Shown: piece by piece, positions 1-12,588 of the stretch | Layout: every line of letters begins with the position of its first letter | Numbering within the stretch: the first letter of the stretch is position 1 | From: Xylographa opegraphella | Taxonomy: Eukaryota | Length of the DNA: 64,000 nt | Assembly: GCA_022813865.1 (NCBI GenBank) | Contig: JALDZX010000003.1 | Span: forward strand, 310,001-374,000 | Direction: 5' to 3' | Made by a program: the position numbers and the translations under genes | The notes under the pieces: generated by a model | What the model saw: the letters and a program-made list of their open reading frames with translations, nothing else | Told to the model about the DNA's origin: nothing | Databases searched by the model: none

Positions 1-15
1 CTGACGGCCGCCGAG

Positions 16-959
16 ATGCTCTCCCGGCGGGATCGGTCATGCTCTCGCGCGAGCCTTCCACGCCCGCGGTCTACGTGTCTTTGCTACCGCTCGCAAGACA
101 GAGACGATAGCGGATCTTGCCGGCCTCGGAATTGAGTGCCTCCCCCTGACCGTAGACGACAAGGCCAGTGTGCAGGCGTGCTACGAAGCGGTAAGGCAGC
201 AAGTGGGAGCGCGGGGGCTAGACTACCTCTTCAATAACGCAGGGCGAAGTACGGTCCTCCATCATTGATTGCTCAACCCCCTTCCCTCCGGCGCACTCTG
301 CGGCTCACCGTGCATGCGCAACGAAAAGCTGACGCGCAGCTCGCTGTCCAGATTACACGGTCCCCGCTCTCGAGGTCGACATGGCCGAAGTGCACGCCAC
401 CTTCACGACGAACGTCTTCAGCATCATGCACATCAACGCCGTCTTCGCGCCGCTGCTGCTGACCGCGCGCGGCACCTACGTCCACACGGGCTCCATCGCC
501 GGCGTGCAACCGTATGTGTGGGGCGCGGTCTACAACGCCTCCAAAGCCGCGCTGCAGGCCTACTGCAACACGCTGCGCGTCGAGATGGCGCCCTTCGGTG
601 TCAAAGTCATCAACGTGCTCACTGGGGGCGTGAAGAGCAATATCGCGCGGACGGAGCGGACGTTGAAGGCGGGCAGCCTGTTCAAGCCGGTGGAGAAGAG
701 CTACGAGCGGCGGCAGAAGCATAGCCAGGAGGTGGGCATGGAGACGGACAGGTTCGCGAGCGAGGTCGTGCGGAAGGTGCTGGGGGCCGAGGGCTGGTTG
801 TGGAGTACGACGGAGGTGTGGGCGGGGGCGAAGGCGGGCACGGTGTGGTGGGTGGATGGGCTGGATCGCGTGTGGCCGGGAGGGTTGTGGGGGCATATCT
901 TGAGCTATATCTTTGGGTTGGGGGATTTGAAGGGTGGAGCGCGGAGGAAAACGGACTGA
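16..959 (+). CDS. AYR1: Short-chain dehydrogenase/reductase, 1-acyl-DHAP reductase (Ayr1-like); 5' end lies before the window
   Basis: Exon 16-248 reads (G)CSPGGIGHALARAFHARGLRVFATARK...LDYLFNNAG; intron 249-351 (GTACGG...CTGAC...CAG); last exon has catalytic YNASK and ends at TGA 959. Confidence 0.85.
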
Positions 960-1541
960 AAGGGGAAGGGGAGGGTTGGGGTGGTGGCAATACCGACTGG
1001 AGATGTCGAGTCCAATGTGAAAGTGCGGGACATGGCTACGATGAACGACCTGGAAGGTTAGAGCCGGTAGATGGGATCAGACTGTCTCCTTCGGCAGAGA
1101 TAGACTTCCGTTATGAACGCAGTATGTCACGGGGAGCGCCTCGTCCGAAAGCCGAGAGCTCTCGCTCCACGAGCAAATGAGCAGTAGTAATGCAGGGATC
1201 ATCGAGTGGAAGGTACACCAAGAGTGAAACAGCCAGAAGAAGGCAGGATGCAGAAGTCGATAGCGATGGAGACTCGAACCATAAGAGTATCGAGGTCGGG
1301 TAGCTCTGGTAGTCTGATGGCGCCATCGCTCTCCCCGCTGCTCATTGGAGGCATTGTGAGGAGATCTTCGCTATGAGTGGACGAAACTACAATGGAAGAG
1401 GTATAACTGAGAATATAAGAGGGCGCGTGGGGTGGCCGTTATTTCATTTGATAAGTTTATTTACATCGACTATATATCTATAGATACATATGCAAATACT
1501 TGGCGACCAAGGTCATACTAAGTGGATTTTGAGGAACCAAG

Positions 1542-2172
1542 ATGGCCACAGCTGTCCAGCAAGATCTGGCCGCGCAAAATGAGAAGTATGCTTCCACCTT
1601 TAGCGAAGGTCATCTGGCCTTGCCGCCCGCGAAGAAGTATGCAGTCGGTACGTGTCTGTCTGTAATGACTCTGCAATCCGTAACAGATGCCTCTTGGATA
1701 GTGCTGATCTGTAGCTACAGTCACATGCATGGATGCTCGTAAGTCTTTTTATACAACTCTATGCCGACGGGTGCTCAAGCTCGCAGGTATTGACCCAGTC
1801 GCTGCATTCGGGATCACTCTCGGAGACGCCCATGTGATTCGTAACGCCGGCGGCAATGCTAAAGATGCTTTGCGATCGCTTGTGATTTCCCAACAGCTAC
1901 TCAGAACGAATGAGGTCCTCATTATCAAGCACACTGGATGTGGGATGTTGACTTTCAAGAATGAAGACGCCTACGCTGTTGTCGAGAAGAATCTAGGATC
2001 CGAAGCGACGAAGGAGCTGGCTGGTTTGGACTTTCAGCCGTTTTCGGATCTCAGGCAGGCCGTTGAGGATGACGTGAAGCTGCTGAAGAGGAGTAACGCA
2101 GTTCCAGACAATATTGCCATTACAGGATGGGTATATGATGTTGAGACTGGGAAAGTTGAACAGATCGTATAG
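1542..2172 (+). CDS. Beta-class carbonic anhydrase (small clade D type)
   Basis: Exons 1542-1647, 1721-1738 and 1787-2172 splice to give TCMDAR, HVIRNAGG, HTGCG and GWVYDVETGK, i.e. the Cys/His/Cys zinc ligands and the Asp-Arg dyad. Confidence 0.93.
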
Positions 2173-2308
2173 AACTTCGTTAATGATGCATGCCGGAAAT
2201 TACTTGTCGCAAGTTGTCAAGCTGACTTAATCTTCTACCCTCGTCTTCACTCAATACACTGCCATTGTAGAACCGTTCAGCAGGGTCTTGATTTTATGTC
2301 GCGTGGTT

Positions 2309-3898
2309 TCAAACCGGACTCGGATCTGAATTACGGCTGAAACTTTCGCTGTCAGAACGCAGTTTTGCATTTTTCAGATCAGCCAGCCGGAAACCTCCCT
2401 CGTCTTTATCCTCTCCCTTTTGTGGCCACAATATCTGCTTTTGGATGATAGCTCGAATCATCATGCCAAAAACGAATAACCAGGCAGCTATCAGTATACA
2501 CGTCATGACACAGCCAACTATTTGAATGGCGTTCGAGCTGAAAGCTTTTCCTACAGCAAATGTCGCTGTGACTAGTGCAGTATTTGGGAAGATGAACGAG
2601 TACCATGTCATAGCAAAGTTGAGGTCACCGTCTCGTACACATGTCCAGTGTGCCCCAACAGAGACAATAAAGAACCACATAGCAAGACTAGAAGCTGTGA
2701 GTAAACATCATTTCAAGCATTGAAGTGGAACTGACCCCCATAACCAGAGCGCAGCCCAACTGGCTACCACATTGATAATCATCGATGCTAAAGGTCCATT
2801 ACCCATAAAGTCGGCCGGCAGCGCTGTTTGTGTGTTGATTGCAAGGTTGATTAAAGCACCTGCAGTAAATGCACTCGGGCCTACTGACACAAACATGCCC
2901 GGTCTTGTGCTTTCCTTGGGGAGTTTCTGGGTCATCAACCTATATATGAATGCCGCGTAAATTGTGAGCGATACCAAAAACCCTATACCTTGCAACGTGA
3001 AGCCCCCAACGATGATGTCAAAGGCACGGGGCTGGTTCAACGTTGAACTCAGGACTGCAGCATGCGGACCAATTATTAACAAGGGATACGCTGGAAAAAT
3101 CCAGACTGGCGTCATCTGATGAATTGTGAAGGTTTGTGTTGACCAGATGACTAGGTAGATGCCAATGGATGCAATGATTGCAAGAGCTGCATCAATCCAG
3201 AAGAGGACCAAAACGACAGTATTCAGCCAAGGACCAACATGATTGAGCCCGTATTGTGATATATTGAGTAGTACGGTTCCGAATGAAACCACCGCGGCTG
3301 GCACAAATAGTGACTCTGTCGGATGTGTTAAAGAAGATCGGAATGTATCTGGAAAGATATGAAAACGGAAAGATATCAAAACCACGTTGAGGAGGAAGAG
3401 GAACAGATTGAACAAAAAGAAAATGGTGCCAATGATGTCAATGCCCGGAAATTTAAAAGGTACTATGGGTTTCTACTGTCAGCTCGGTCTTCCTCTCTAT
3501 CGTTCAGCCAAATTACCCGTATGAATCACATTCGCGATACCCCCTGTAGCCATTGTCATGGTGAAGAACGTCCATGTGAAGTGCCGTATTCTTTCCTTCC
3601 ACCTTAGCTTTTCTAGACCTTTGCAGAGACTTAAATGACCCCTGGTCTCCGAGAGCAAACCCATTACCCCGTTCGGCGTTGGGTGATGTGGATGTGTGGT
3701 ATGGTCTTGAGGCTGATCCCGACGCTTCTCCTGTCTCTCATAATCCTCTATCGTCGGGGTACGATAGCCGTCTTGTCCTGGCGAGGTCATGTCGGTCGGT
3801 ACAGCTATACCGTGTTTGAACCGAATATGGTGGTTGTTATGACGCTTGTGGACACTTTGAGGCCCTTCGGGACGTGGTGGTTGAGTATCGTTTGCCAT
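2309..3898 (-). CDS. C4-dicarboxylate/malic acid transporter (Mae1/SLAC1/TDT family)
   Basis: Three exons with motifs HFTWTFFTMTMATGG, HPTESLFVPA, PVWIFPAYP, RPGMFVSVGPSAFT, WYSFIFPN; about 10 hydrophobic segments; probable ATG at 3898. Confidence 0.9.
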
Positions 3899-4709
3899 AC
3901 CTTCGGTCGACGAGCTGATAATTGCTAAGATCTTGCTTGGTAGCTTGTAAGGAATCAAGAACGTCGGACATCGATTTGCTCCTGCTGCTCAGCTTGACGA
4001 CTTGGCATTGAGGAATAGAATCAAGGACGAAGTTCGTCTGTGGTAGATAGCCACGAATCTGAAGACCTGAACTTCAGCCGAGTCTCACAGCGAAACCGTA
4101 TTGAGTGATGGACATTGCATTGTTAAAGCCGGACTCCACCAGCAAAGCGTCTCCTTGCAAGCATGCCATCATCGCAGGAAAGTTTGAACACTAATCGGGT
4201 GATTCAGGTTTCGACTCACTTGGCATTATTTCGATTGTTCCGTACCTTATTCTACTTGGTATGAGCTTGCTCGCTTGGTTGGTACTCGGCTCCGATAGGC
4301 CGATACGAGCTAGCTCACTTCGGTGCGAGATAGCTTCGATCTACCGCAGGCTCAATTCTTCAAAGCATACGTACACGTCCACGTTATCGCCACCGGCCAA
4401 GGACCAATGCGACGTACACTGGTTGTTTTTACGGGAACATACGGTAATCGGGAGACATTCGGGGCGGCGCTCGTCTGATACGGCCAGAGTAGCGCGGACC
4501 AGCCCCAAGGTCCTTGACGTGCATGGGAAAACACCACACATCAACATCAAAATTGCTTGAGTATTTGGTTCAATAGCAATCATGGTGAAACGTCGCATTT
4601 TCATACACGAGCAGTATTACATGGCGATGTCGATCTAGTCCTAAGAGACAGCCGACGACTGAATTACTTCGTCGCCTTCCCACTAGGACCATTGACCTAG
4701 GACTTGTTT

Positions 4710-6095
4710 TTATTCGTTCCATGGCATCCAGCTCTGGTTTGCATAGGATTGAGGTATACACTTGATCAAAGACGGCGGATCCGTTTCCCACTCGATTCTC
4801 ATCGACTGATTATCCTCATCATCGCCATCCTTGTTGACGTATTGAGAGGTATAACCCTTCAGGGCCTTGATTCTCGTGGCTGCCTCGTCGGTATACTCGA
4901 GATTAACAGCAGGAACAACAGCGATCTTACCATATCCCCGACGCCATAGATCTTTACAAAACAGCTGCGGCTCGCCTTGGTAGCATTCGCTATCCAAAGA
5001 ACTGCGAAACCTGACTGTCTGCTCCACAATAGGTTTGGCCGTGAAGACTGTGGCACCATTCCAGCACGAGAACACCTGAAATGGTGTATGAGTTACATAG
5101 CCTGTTAGAGCCTTGTGGTCGTTCCAAAAGAGGTTCCACGCAAAATTCCAGCTGCCGTCTTCAGGGATCTTGAAGAAAGAGTCTCCGTTCATTCCTCGTG
5201 CAATCCAGACGTCATAAAAGGTAGGGTCTCTTCCGACATAGGTCCAATCCATAGCACAGACCATGTCGGCATTTTGATATACATATTGGTGGATTAGCTC
5301 CAGAATATCCTCCGTGCATATCGATACGTCGTTGAGGAATATTATCGTAGCGTCGCAGGAAACGAGCTGCGGGATTTCGACCAATGGTTTGAGAGCTTGA
5401 TTTCGGAGCTCTGCCAAAGCCACTATCCTACTCTGCTCCGTGTGAGCCGTAGGATCCAAGTCACTTGTACTATAAAAGTATCGAGCTCCGATTCTTTCTA
5501 TTTCTGGACGCAGTAGCTTAAGTATCTCAAAGGTACCGTCGTCCGACCTTCCTTCCACGATCGATAAAACACAATACTGGGGCCCAAGGAATCGCATGGT
5601 CTCCACAATTGAGCCAATAAGGCGAGGTAAAATGTGTGCACATTGATGCAGATCAAGAGCAAAAAAGTACTTCAGTTGACTCTCGGACCGAGACGCTTTC
5701 ACACGGAGATATTCATATCGACTACCACTTGGAGTCGGGCAGGCCAATCGGCGGAAGGAGGTGTCTTCCGGTTTCAAAATGGCACTGATGTAAGCTGGCG
5801 TAGTTTTCAACAAGGTGGAATTACCATCTTTGAGCAGTGGAGACGAATCCAAATCGGATATGTGGCTAGACCAGTCCGCTGCTACGAAGTGCATGTTAGG
5901 TCAAGCGGTGGCCAAACTATCAAGATGGCTGGTTCACTCACTTTTGCTATCTGACGGGGGTTTGTGGAAAAAATGAAGTGAGGAGCCACCGGTTTGATGG
6001 TTCCATGTAGCCGCGAGATACAAAGCAGTAAGGCACAGGCAGCCAGTAAGACAAATGACGGCCAACTTTCGTCTGATAGCTATGGGAGAGAGCAT
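4710..6095 (-). CDS. Alpha-1,3-mannosyltransferase, CMT1/CAP59-like (GT69)
   Basis: Signal-anchor exon (MLSPIAIRRKLAVICLTGCLCL), intron ~5882-5941, then KYFFALDL, SIVEGRSDDGT, LAELRNQAL, FLNDV, FYDVWIARG, QVFSCWNG, GEPQLFCKD. Confidence 0.9.
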
Positions 6096-6983
6096 CGCAT
6101 TGCACAGGACGGGCACGACCTTCAGCCAGGAGGGTCAACTGCACTACACATCATATGTGCAAAGGCATCTGGTCGAGGGAGCTCAGACATCGATACGTGT
6201 ACTTCCTGACACATATGCGCAGCTGCACCTTAGCAAAGAAAAGGTCACTCTGGCATTGCTGTATGAAACGAGACAGGGGCTCTCATCCTGGGCGCGTTTA
6301 ATTGTCAGCGGCTAACGTGAGCGACGTTGGTATTGGCATCCACTATTCACAGACACTGGCTCTAGCATTTATAGTGAGGCACCAGAAGTCATTCTTGAGG
6401 TATCCTTGTTTCTCAATAAAGGCTGGTCTCTCTCGTCCAAACAGTCGAAGTATCCAGTTGTCGCTCCATAACTTGATCGTATCGAGAGTTTTTATCCTAG
6501 AGTCCTAACTTGATCCTCGGGCCTTCTTTTTCCCGGTCCGTATGAGGAGAAAGCAAAACCATCGGCGCATACGAAGCTCTACGCAAAAGCTCCCCTGCCC
6601 AGGGTATTTGTGTACCAGATAGTTTGACTTCATAATGCTAAATAAACACTAACATCAATACCTTAACCGTTCAGTGGTATGGGAACCATGTACGCGCGCT
6701 GGCTGTGCTTTTCCGATATGGACTACTAAACTTGGTCGAATATCGTGAGTGAAGATTGCCGCTGACGAGGGCTTTGACCTTTGGCCAGTCTCAGTCGAAG
6801 CACAAACTAGACTAGCACACTCTTTGATTTTACAGCTACGTGGTTTCGGTAGTGAGATTTGATTATCATCGGTTTGTTTGACACATCCCTGGTAGATCTC
6901 GGAAAACTGCCATTGTTTCAATTCTCGCGCACAGCTCAAACAGCTCGTTATTTGTTAGCTTCACACCGTCCGCTTGGTGAATC

Positions 6984-9609
6984 ATGGAGCACTTCGTTCT
7001 ACCTATCGATCCTTTAGACAGTGATTTGGAGGTACCCTTTGTAGCCACTGACTACAATAGAGGATCGTTTCTCACCTATCCTGCGCAGAAGGGGCTATCT
7101 TGGCCACTGTCGTACGATCAAGATGGACTTATCCCTCACGACCTGTATCTGTCACTACCATCTATGCCAACTTCGGATCAAGAATCTTATTCCAGACATG
7201 GCTCTTCTTTGGCTTGCTTCAGGTCTTTTTGAAGGATTGCTATGATAAGGAGGATTACAAAAAGTCGGTGGGAGGCCGCATTCGCATCACTACTGCAAAA
7301 CTTTTCGAAAATATGCGGAGAATGTGGGTGAAGCAAGTTCAGCAGAAGTCTGGCGACAAAGCGGTGCAGTTTCGGACTGTTGTGAATTGTCTTAGGTTGA
7401 TTGCTCAAGTACTACGCGCGTGCAACGATGATTTCGACTGGCGAATCAAGCTTTCTATTGCCTCATTATGTGAGGTCTTCTCTGCTACTGTAGCTCTTGC
7501 TTTCGCGAGCCTCGGCGTGAAAGAACCTACGATACCTATTCCTAATCAACTTGGTCTACATCTCTTCGAACAAAATAGAAAAGAACGTATGCTGAGCGCT
7601 GGTTGGTGCTCCAACGACACAGCCGTAGCGGCAGAACGATTCTCTTCGGTTCAGACGCTTTACTTCCTGAGTAGAATGAAAAAGCTTGATGCTCAGAGAG
7701 ACCACAATGGCTGTCAAGTCGATATGTGTAAATGGAACCAGATCAGGAAGATGAGTACCAAACTCTACATGTTAGCCCGACATGCCATTGTCCCGATATA
7801 ACGCTTCCTCTATACGAGATTGAGCTTTGCCTTAGCAGACACCGTCTTCCCCTGCTGAAGCTCAAAACTCATCAGGGGGACCTTCATGGGCTCCAAATCG
7901 AAGTTGTAGAATACTCGGGGAAGGAAAGGTACGTCGCGATCTCCCATGTCTGGGCTTATGGTCTGGGAAATCCGATAGCAAATACCCTTCCCCGTTGTCA
8001 AGTGGCTCATCTTGGAGAATTGATGGTCAAATTGAGTTCCACAGCCACAGATTTACCAAGTTCAAATGCAGAAGGCAAGGTGCAGACCTTGGAAATGGAT
8101 ACGCAGATGTCTCTTGAGTCCGGTGCTAATGCTGAGATATACTTGTGGATTGATACCCTTTGTTGCCCAGTCAGCCCAGCTGAATCGAAGGCTCTAGCAA
8201 TCGAGTTGCTTGAGTACACCTATCAGAAGGCGAGCTACGTTTTGGTCCTTGACGGGGGTCTCGTCGTGTGCAATTACGCGCAGATACCCGTCTACGAAGC
8301 TATAGCCAGGATTTTCACATCCGCCTGGCTTCAGAGGTTATGGACTCTTCAAGAAGGCGTATTGGCTCAAGATCGGCTCTGGTTCCAATTCCGAGACCGG
8401 CCTGTCAATCTCAAAGCTTTGATGTACACTCAATTCGCGCAAGATGTCACGATTCGATCTTTCATTACTGATATGTGTGCTCAATACCGAATTATGTCTA
8501 TGAGCTTTCTACAGGATGAGAAGCTCGGCGACGCGAAGGCGACTTATATTAATATTGGCAACAATCTTGTTGCACTTGATAGAGCCTTGAGACATAGGTC
8601 TGTTACAGTCGAGGCCGATGAGGCCCTCTGCATCTGCACACTTCTGCAACTCCCAACGCAGGACGTCGTGCGTCTCCCCGCAGAGGTCGACGCTCGTATG
8701 ATTCAGGTATGGCGGCTCATTGCTCTGAAATACCACGGCATACCACAGCGTATTCTCTTCCTTAGTTTCCCTCGGCTTCCGACAAAAGGATTTAGGTGGG
8801 CGCCAAGAACGCTACTGAAAGAGGCTCATGGCGGACTGTTCAAGCATGGTACCAGTGTTACACGCTCATATATGTGGCAGGACCCAGATCTCGCTGAGCT
8901 CACAGAGTCAGGCCTGTTAGTCAAGTGGCTAGGCTTCAAACTGGATAGGAAGGAGTACCACGATTTGCCAGTTAGGAATCCGTGGAAAGCTCTCCCACGT
9001 CTACGAGAAAGCAGGATACTATTCAAGTCCCAGGACGGGACGAGATATCAATTCGGCTCCAAGGAACATACGACAGGAGACCCGGCCTACAAGCATGCCG
9101 AAGGAGTATTTCCGCTTCTCGACATCGTTGAAAGAGGCGATTGCTATTTGATGTTAGCAGACGACAGTCCGTTCAAGGAAGACGGCCATACCAAGGGACT
9201 TGGGATTCTAGGAAACGTGACTGGTTCCAGTGACGACGGACGTATCCTCAACTTCGAGGCAGCAGAGCAAGTAGTAGTTTTTCAGACATCCGAAAAAGAA
9301 TGCCTCATTCTCGATACAGCGGAACGGGTAGCGCAACAACTGCGAGCAGAACCGTTGACGGTTGAACTCGCTACCATGGACGAGGACATAGGGACCGAAA
9401 GATACGAGGCTGTGCTGGAACAGTTCAGGAAGCGACTGGATGACGTCTGCGCTGCAGAGGCCAAGAGCGAGCTGTTGAAAGAGGCCTTTCATAAGGTTTA
9501 CAACGGAGCGACACCTGACCGAAACTTGAGAGTCCTTGTGCGAGACTGGTTCTATCATGATATTGTGGGGAAGCGCCTGGATGCTCAGCAGCAATGGCTC
9601 GTAGATTAA
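6984..9609 (+). pseudogene. HET (heterokaryon incompatibility) domain protein with two apparent frameshifts (pseudogene or assembly indels)
   Basis: Three overlapping ORFs (6984-7232, 7100-7801, 7732-9609) join into one protein: FQTWLFFGLL, GWC, YVAISHVWAYGLGNP, LWIDTLCCP, WLQRLWTLQEG, DEALC, GFRWAP. No splice signals at the junctions near 7190 and 7746. Confidence 0.75.
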
Positions 9610-10150
9610 TGACCGTGATTTCCGTCCTTTGTGCTACACAAGAGTCCGAATTGTGGCTTGGCTTACTGTTTAGTCCATCTTAGTTGTTCCTGCGGCTCTC
9701 GTTTACCATCTACAACTCAGCTTGTCGCTCTCTGTCAAAGGTTTGTACCACTTTGACAGACCCCTGACCTGAACCATGACAGCTTCTCTTCTGGGTAAAG
9801 GTTGGCTACTCAGGAGCATTCTCGTTTTCCGGCACGGAGTACGGCGGCCTCGGGTGTAGTTTGATGGTGATACTAATAATCTCTCTTTCCGTCGGCTTGT
9901 GGAATCTGCGTGGGCACTTATGTAAGGACTCAGGGCTGAATGTCATATAACAAGTATACGAATGCGTCATCATGTGCCATCATTCAGCCTCTTACGCTCG
10001 GCTTCTGCCTTGCCCACCATGAAGTCCGGCCATAGCACAAAGCCAGAGCCCAGCTTTTAAGCTCAGATCTTCTCCTCTTGCGAGAGTAAGGGTAGCAAAA
10101 CTTTGTAGTATCTATATTCTGAAGAAAAAAATAAAAAAATTGTTGGGATT

Positions 10151-10245
10151 TGACATGAGTGAGGTTCGAACTCACGCGGATTGCTCCAGTAGAGGTTCCT
10201 GGGGAAACTTAAATCTACCGCCTTAGACCACTCGGCCATCATGCC
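10151..10245 (-). tRNA. tRNA-Leu(TAA) with 13-nt intron
   Basis: Reverse complement folds as GGCATGA/TCATGTC acceptor stem, D arm TGGCCGAGTGGTCTAAGGC, anticodon arm GTAGA-TT-TAA-G[TTTCCCCAGGAAC]C-TCTAC, long variable arm and GTGAG-TTCGAAC-CTCAC T arm; a T-run (Pol III terminator) follows. Confidence 0.95.
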
Positions 10246-10620
10246 TAATCAAGAAATTTTGCTTCTCACTGTATTATATAGCTTTTTCGATCTACCACCG
10301 CTCATTGAAAACCGGGGATGGACCGGTCGCATCATCGGTGCGCCAGAAGCCGTAGACAATCAATTCTAGACAAACGATGTATCTTCAGATACGTCGAAGG
10401 AAGACAGGATTCAAGTTCTATTCTTACGTGCCATTTTTGGAAAAGCAGTCCGTGGAAAAGTTAACCCGATGCCGAACCCTAGGATTTGCCCCGAGCCCGC
10501 CCCTAAAGCTCGCGCGCATCGTGCGGCTGAACAATTCTCAGACCCCCACACTCACAAGTCTCAATCTACAGTATCCGTACGTTTTGAACCATTGCATACA
10601 CGAACTGCGACCGAGCAACA

Positions 10621-12019
10621 ATGTCGAAGACCGCCATCCTCACCGCGCTCGTCTCCCTCGCCGCCGTCCTCTACAGCCCGATAGCACTCCGTGTCAAGGT
10701 GCTAGGCGTAAGCCGAGGCTTCGGCACCATCCAGAACATCCACGGCGAAGCGCTGCGCGTGATCCCGGACACCCTCTACTGTGAAGACCTGCATCACCAC
10801 CTCCCGTCCGGGCTGCTGTTCGGGGCCTCGGAGGATAACCCCGAGAACCGGTGGAAGTGGTTCCCCCCGTACGTAGTGTGGTTTTTCTTTACATGGCGGA
10901 TTGGGGATATGTGATTGTAGATGTCTATCGTAATGGTTCTCTGACAGAAATAGAATTGCTATCTTCTCCGAGCCGACTGCTCTCGGCCATGGCACCATCG
11001 TTGTGATTGATCCGAAAGTACTTCCGCCCTATCGTTCCCTATGAATGCCCTTTACACGACTTCTCTGCTCACCCTGACAGACATTCACCGCCACGCGTCT
11101 CACCCTCTCCAACTTCCCCGGCCCATTCGTCACCCATGGCATCGACATCTACTCCCTGCCCACGGACCCCACCTCCGTCTACATCTTCGCCGTCAACCAC
11201 CTCCCCAACCCAGCTTACGTCTCCGCCCCTACCTCGCTCAGCATCCCCGCTGCCCGCTCCCGCATCGAACTCTTCCACCACACGATCGGCAGCTCCTCCG
11301 CAACGCACCTGCGCTCCATCTACCACCCGCTAATCCGCACCCCGAACGACATCTACGCCATCAACGGCACGTCCTTCCTCGTGACCAACGACCACTACTA
11401 CCGCTCCGGGCTCTTGCGCTCCTATGAAGACATCGGCTGGGAAGCCCTCGCGCCATGGACGGACCTGATCGCCCTCTCCATCACAGACCTGGACGCCACC
11501 AACGACACCGACGCCGTGACGGCCTCCGTCGCCCGCAAGGGTATCCACAACAACAACGGACTCGGGCACGGCCGCGTCCCAGGCGAGGTCCTCATCAACG
11601 ACGCCTCGGCGGGCGTGCTCGTCGTCGCGCAGCTGGACCCCTTCCGCTTCTCCGGCTCCGTCCAGCTGCCCTGCACGCTCGACAACCCGTCCTACTTCGC
11701 GGACCCGTACGCCGCGCAGACGGCCAGCGATGCCAGCGGCTATGTCCTCGCCGGCCTGGCGGAGGCGGCGAAGTTCCCGAAGGGGGACAACCCCGTTATG
11801 GTGTGGCTGGTGCAGCCGGCGGCGACGAATGACGCCACGGGCAAAGTGGAGTGGACGCAGAAGCTGATTTTCCAGGACGATGGCAAGGTGCTGAGAACCG
11901 CGAGCACGGCGGTGCTGGTGGGGATCGATCCGGCGGAGAATGAGGGGCGGAAGCAGGCGTGGTTGTTCGTGACGGGGCCGCTGTCGTTGGGTGTGGCGGT
12001 CTCGAGGGTGGATCTGTAG
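10621..12019 (+). CDS. Paraoxonase/arylesterase-like calcium-dependent beta-propeller hydrolase with N-terminal hydrophobic segment
   Basis: Exons 10621-10868, 10954-11017 and 11081-12019; motifs CEDL, FVTHGIDIY, IFAVNH, IELF, HPLIRTPNDI, VTNDHY, NNGL, LDNPS. Confidence 0.88.
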
Positions 12020-12588
12020 ACGGTGTGATTGTATCTGACGCGTGCGGTTCGGTGTGCATAAAGAGAGTACACTCTGATTCTAGATGTGTGTTCCGTGGAG
12101 CGTAGCGCGGAAGCCGGCGGGGATTTTGTATAGCATTGGATGACACTTCCACAAATGTTTCTATATCGAATCTGTTCCGATCTTGAAAATTTTATCGCGT
12201 AGATCAGCGGCACAATAACTCCAAATGCTAAATTCTTGCCGTACAGTTCAGCAAGAGTTACTCCGAGTGCGTAGATCAGTGGATTCTCTAATACATTGAC
12301 CAGCTTCGCAAACGGCCAGCCCGGCTCGGTTAAGAATCTTTTGCCCTTGACTTTGCCACATAACCACAGTTTGACAATTGAGTCTTCAGGCTGTCAGTGC
12401 TGTCCTTGTCACACCCGGTAGGAATCCTTGAAGCCTTCCAGAAAATCCTTGCTGTCCAATCTCATCAAACTAATAGGGAGATTCTGTACAGAAAATAGTG
12501 CACGCATCCAATACTGACATTGAAGCTGACAACCGCATCGAATAATAGCTCCACACATTGTACATTACCCGGGATCAAGTTGCGTGCA

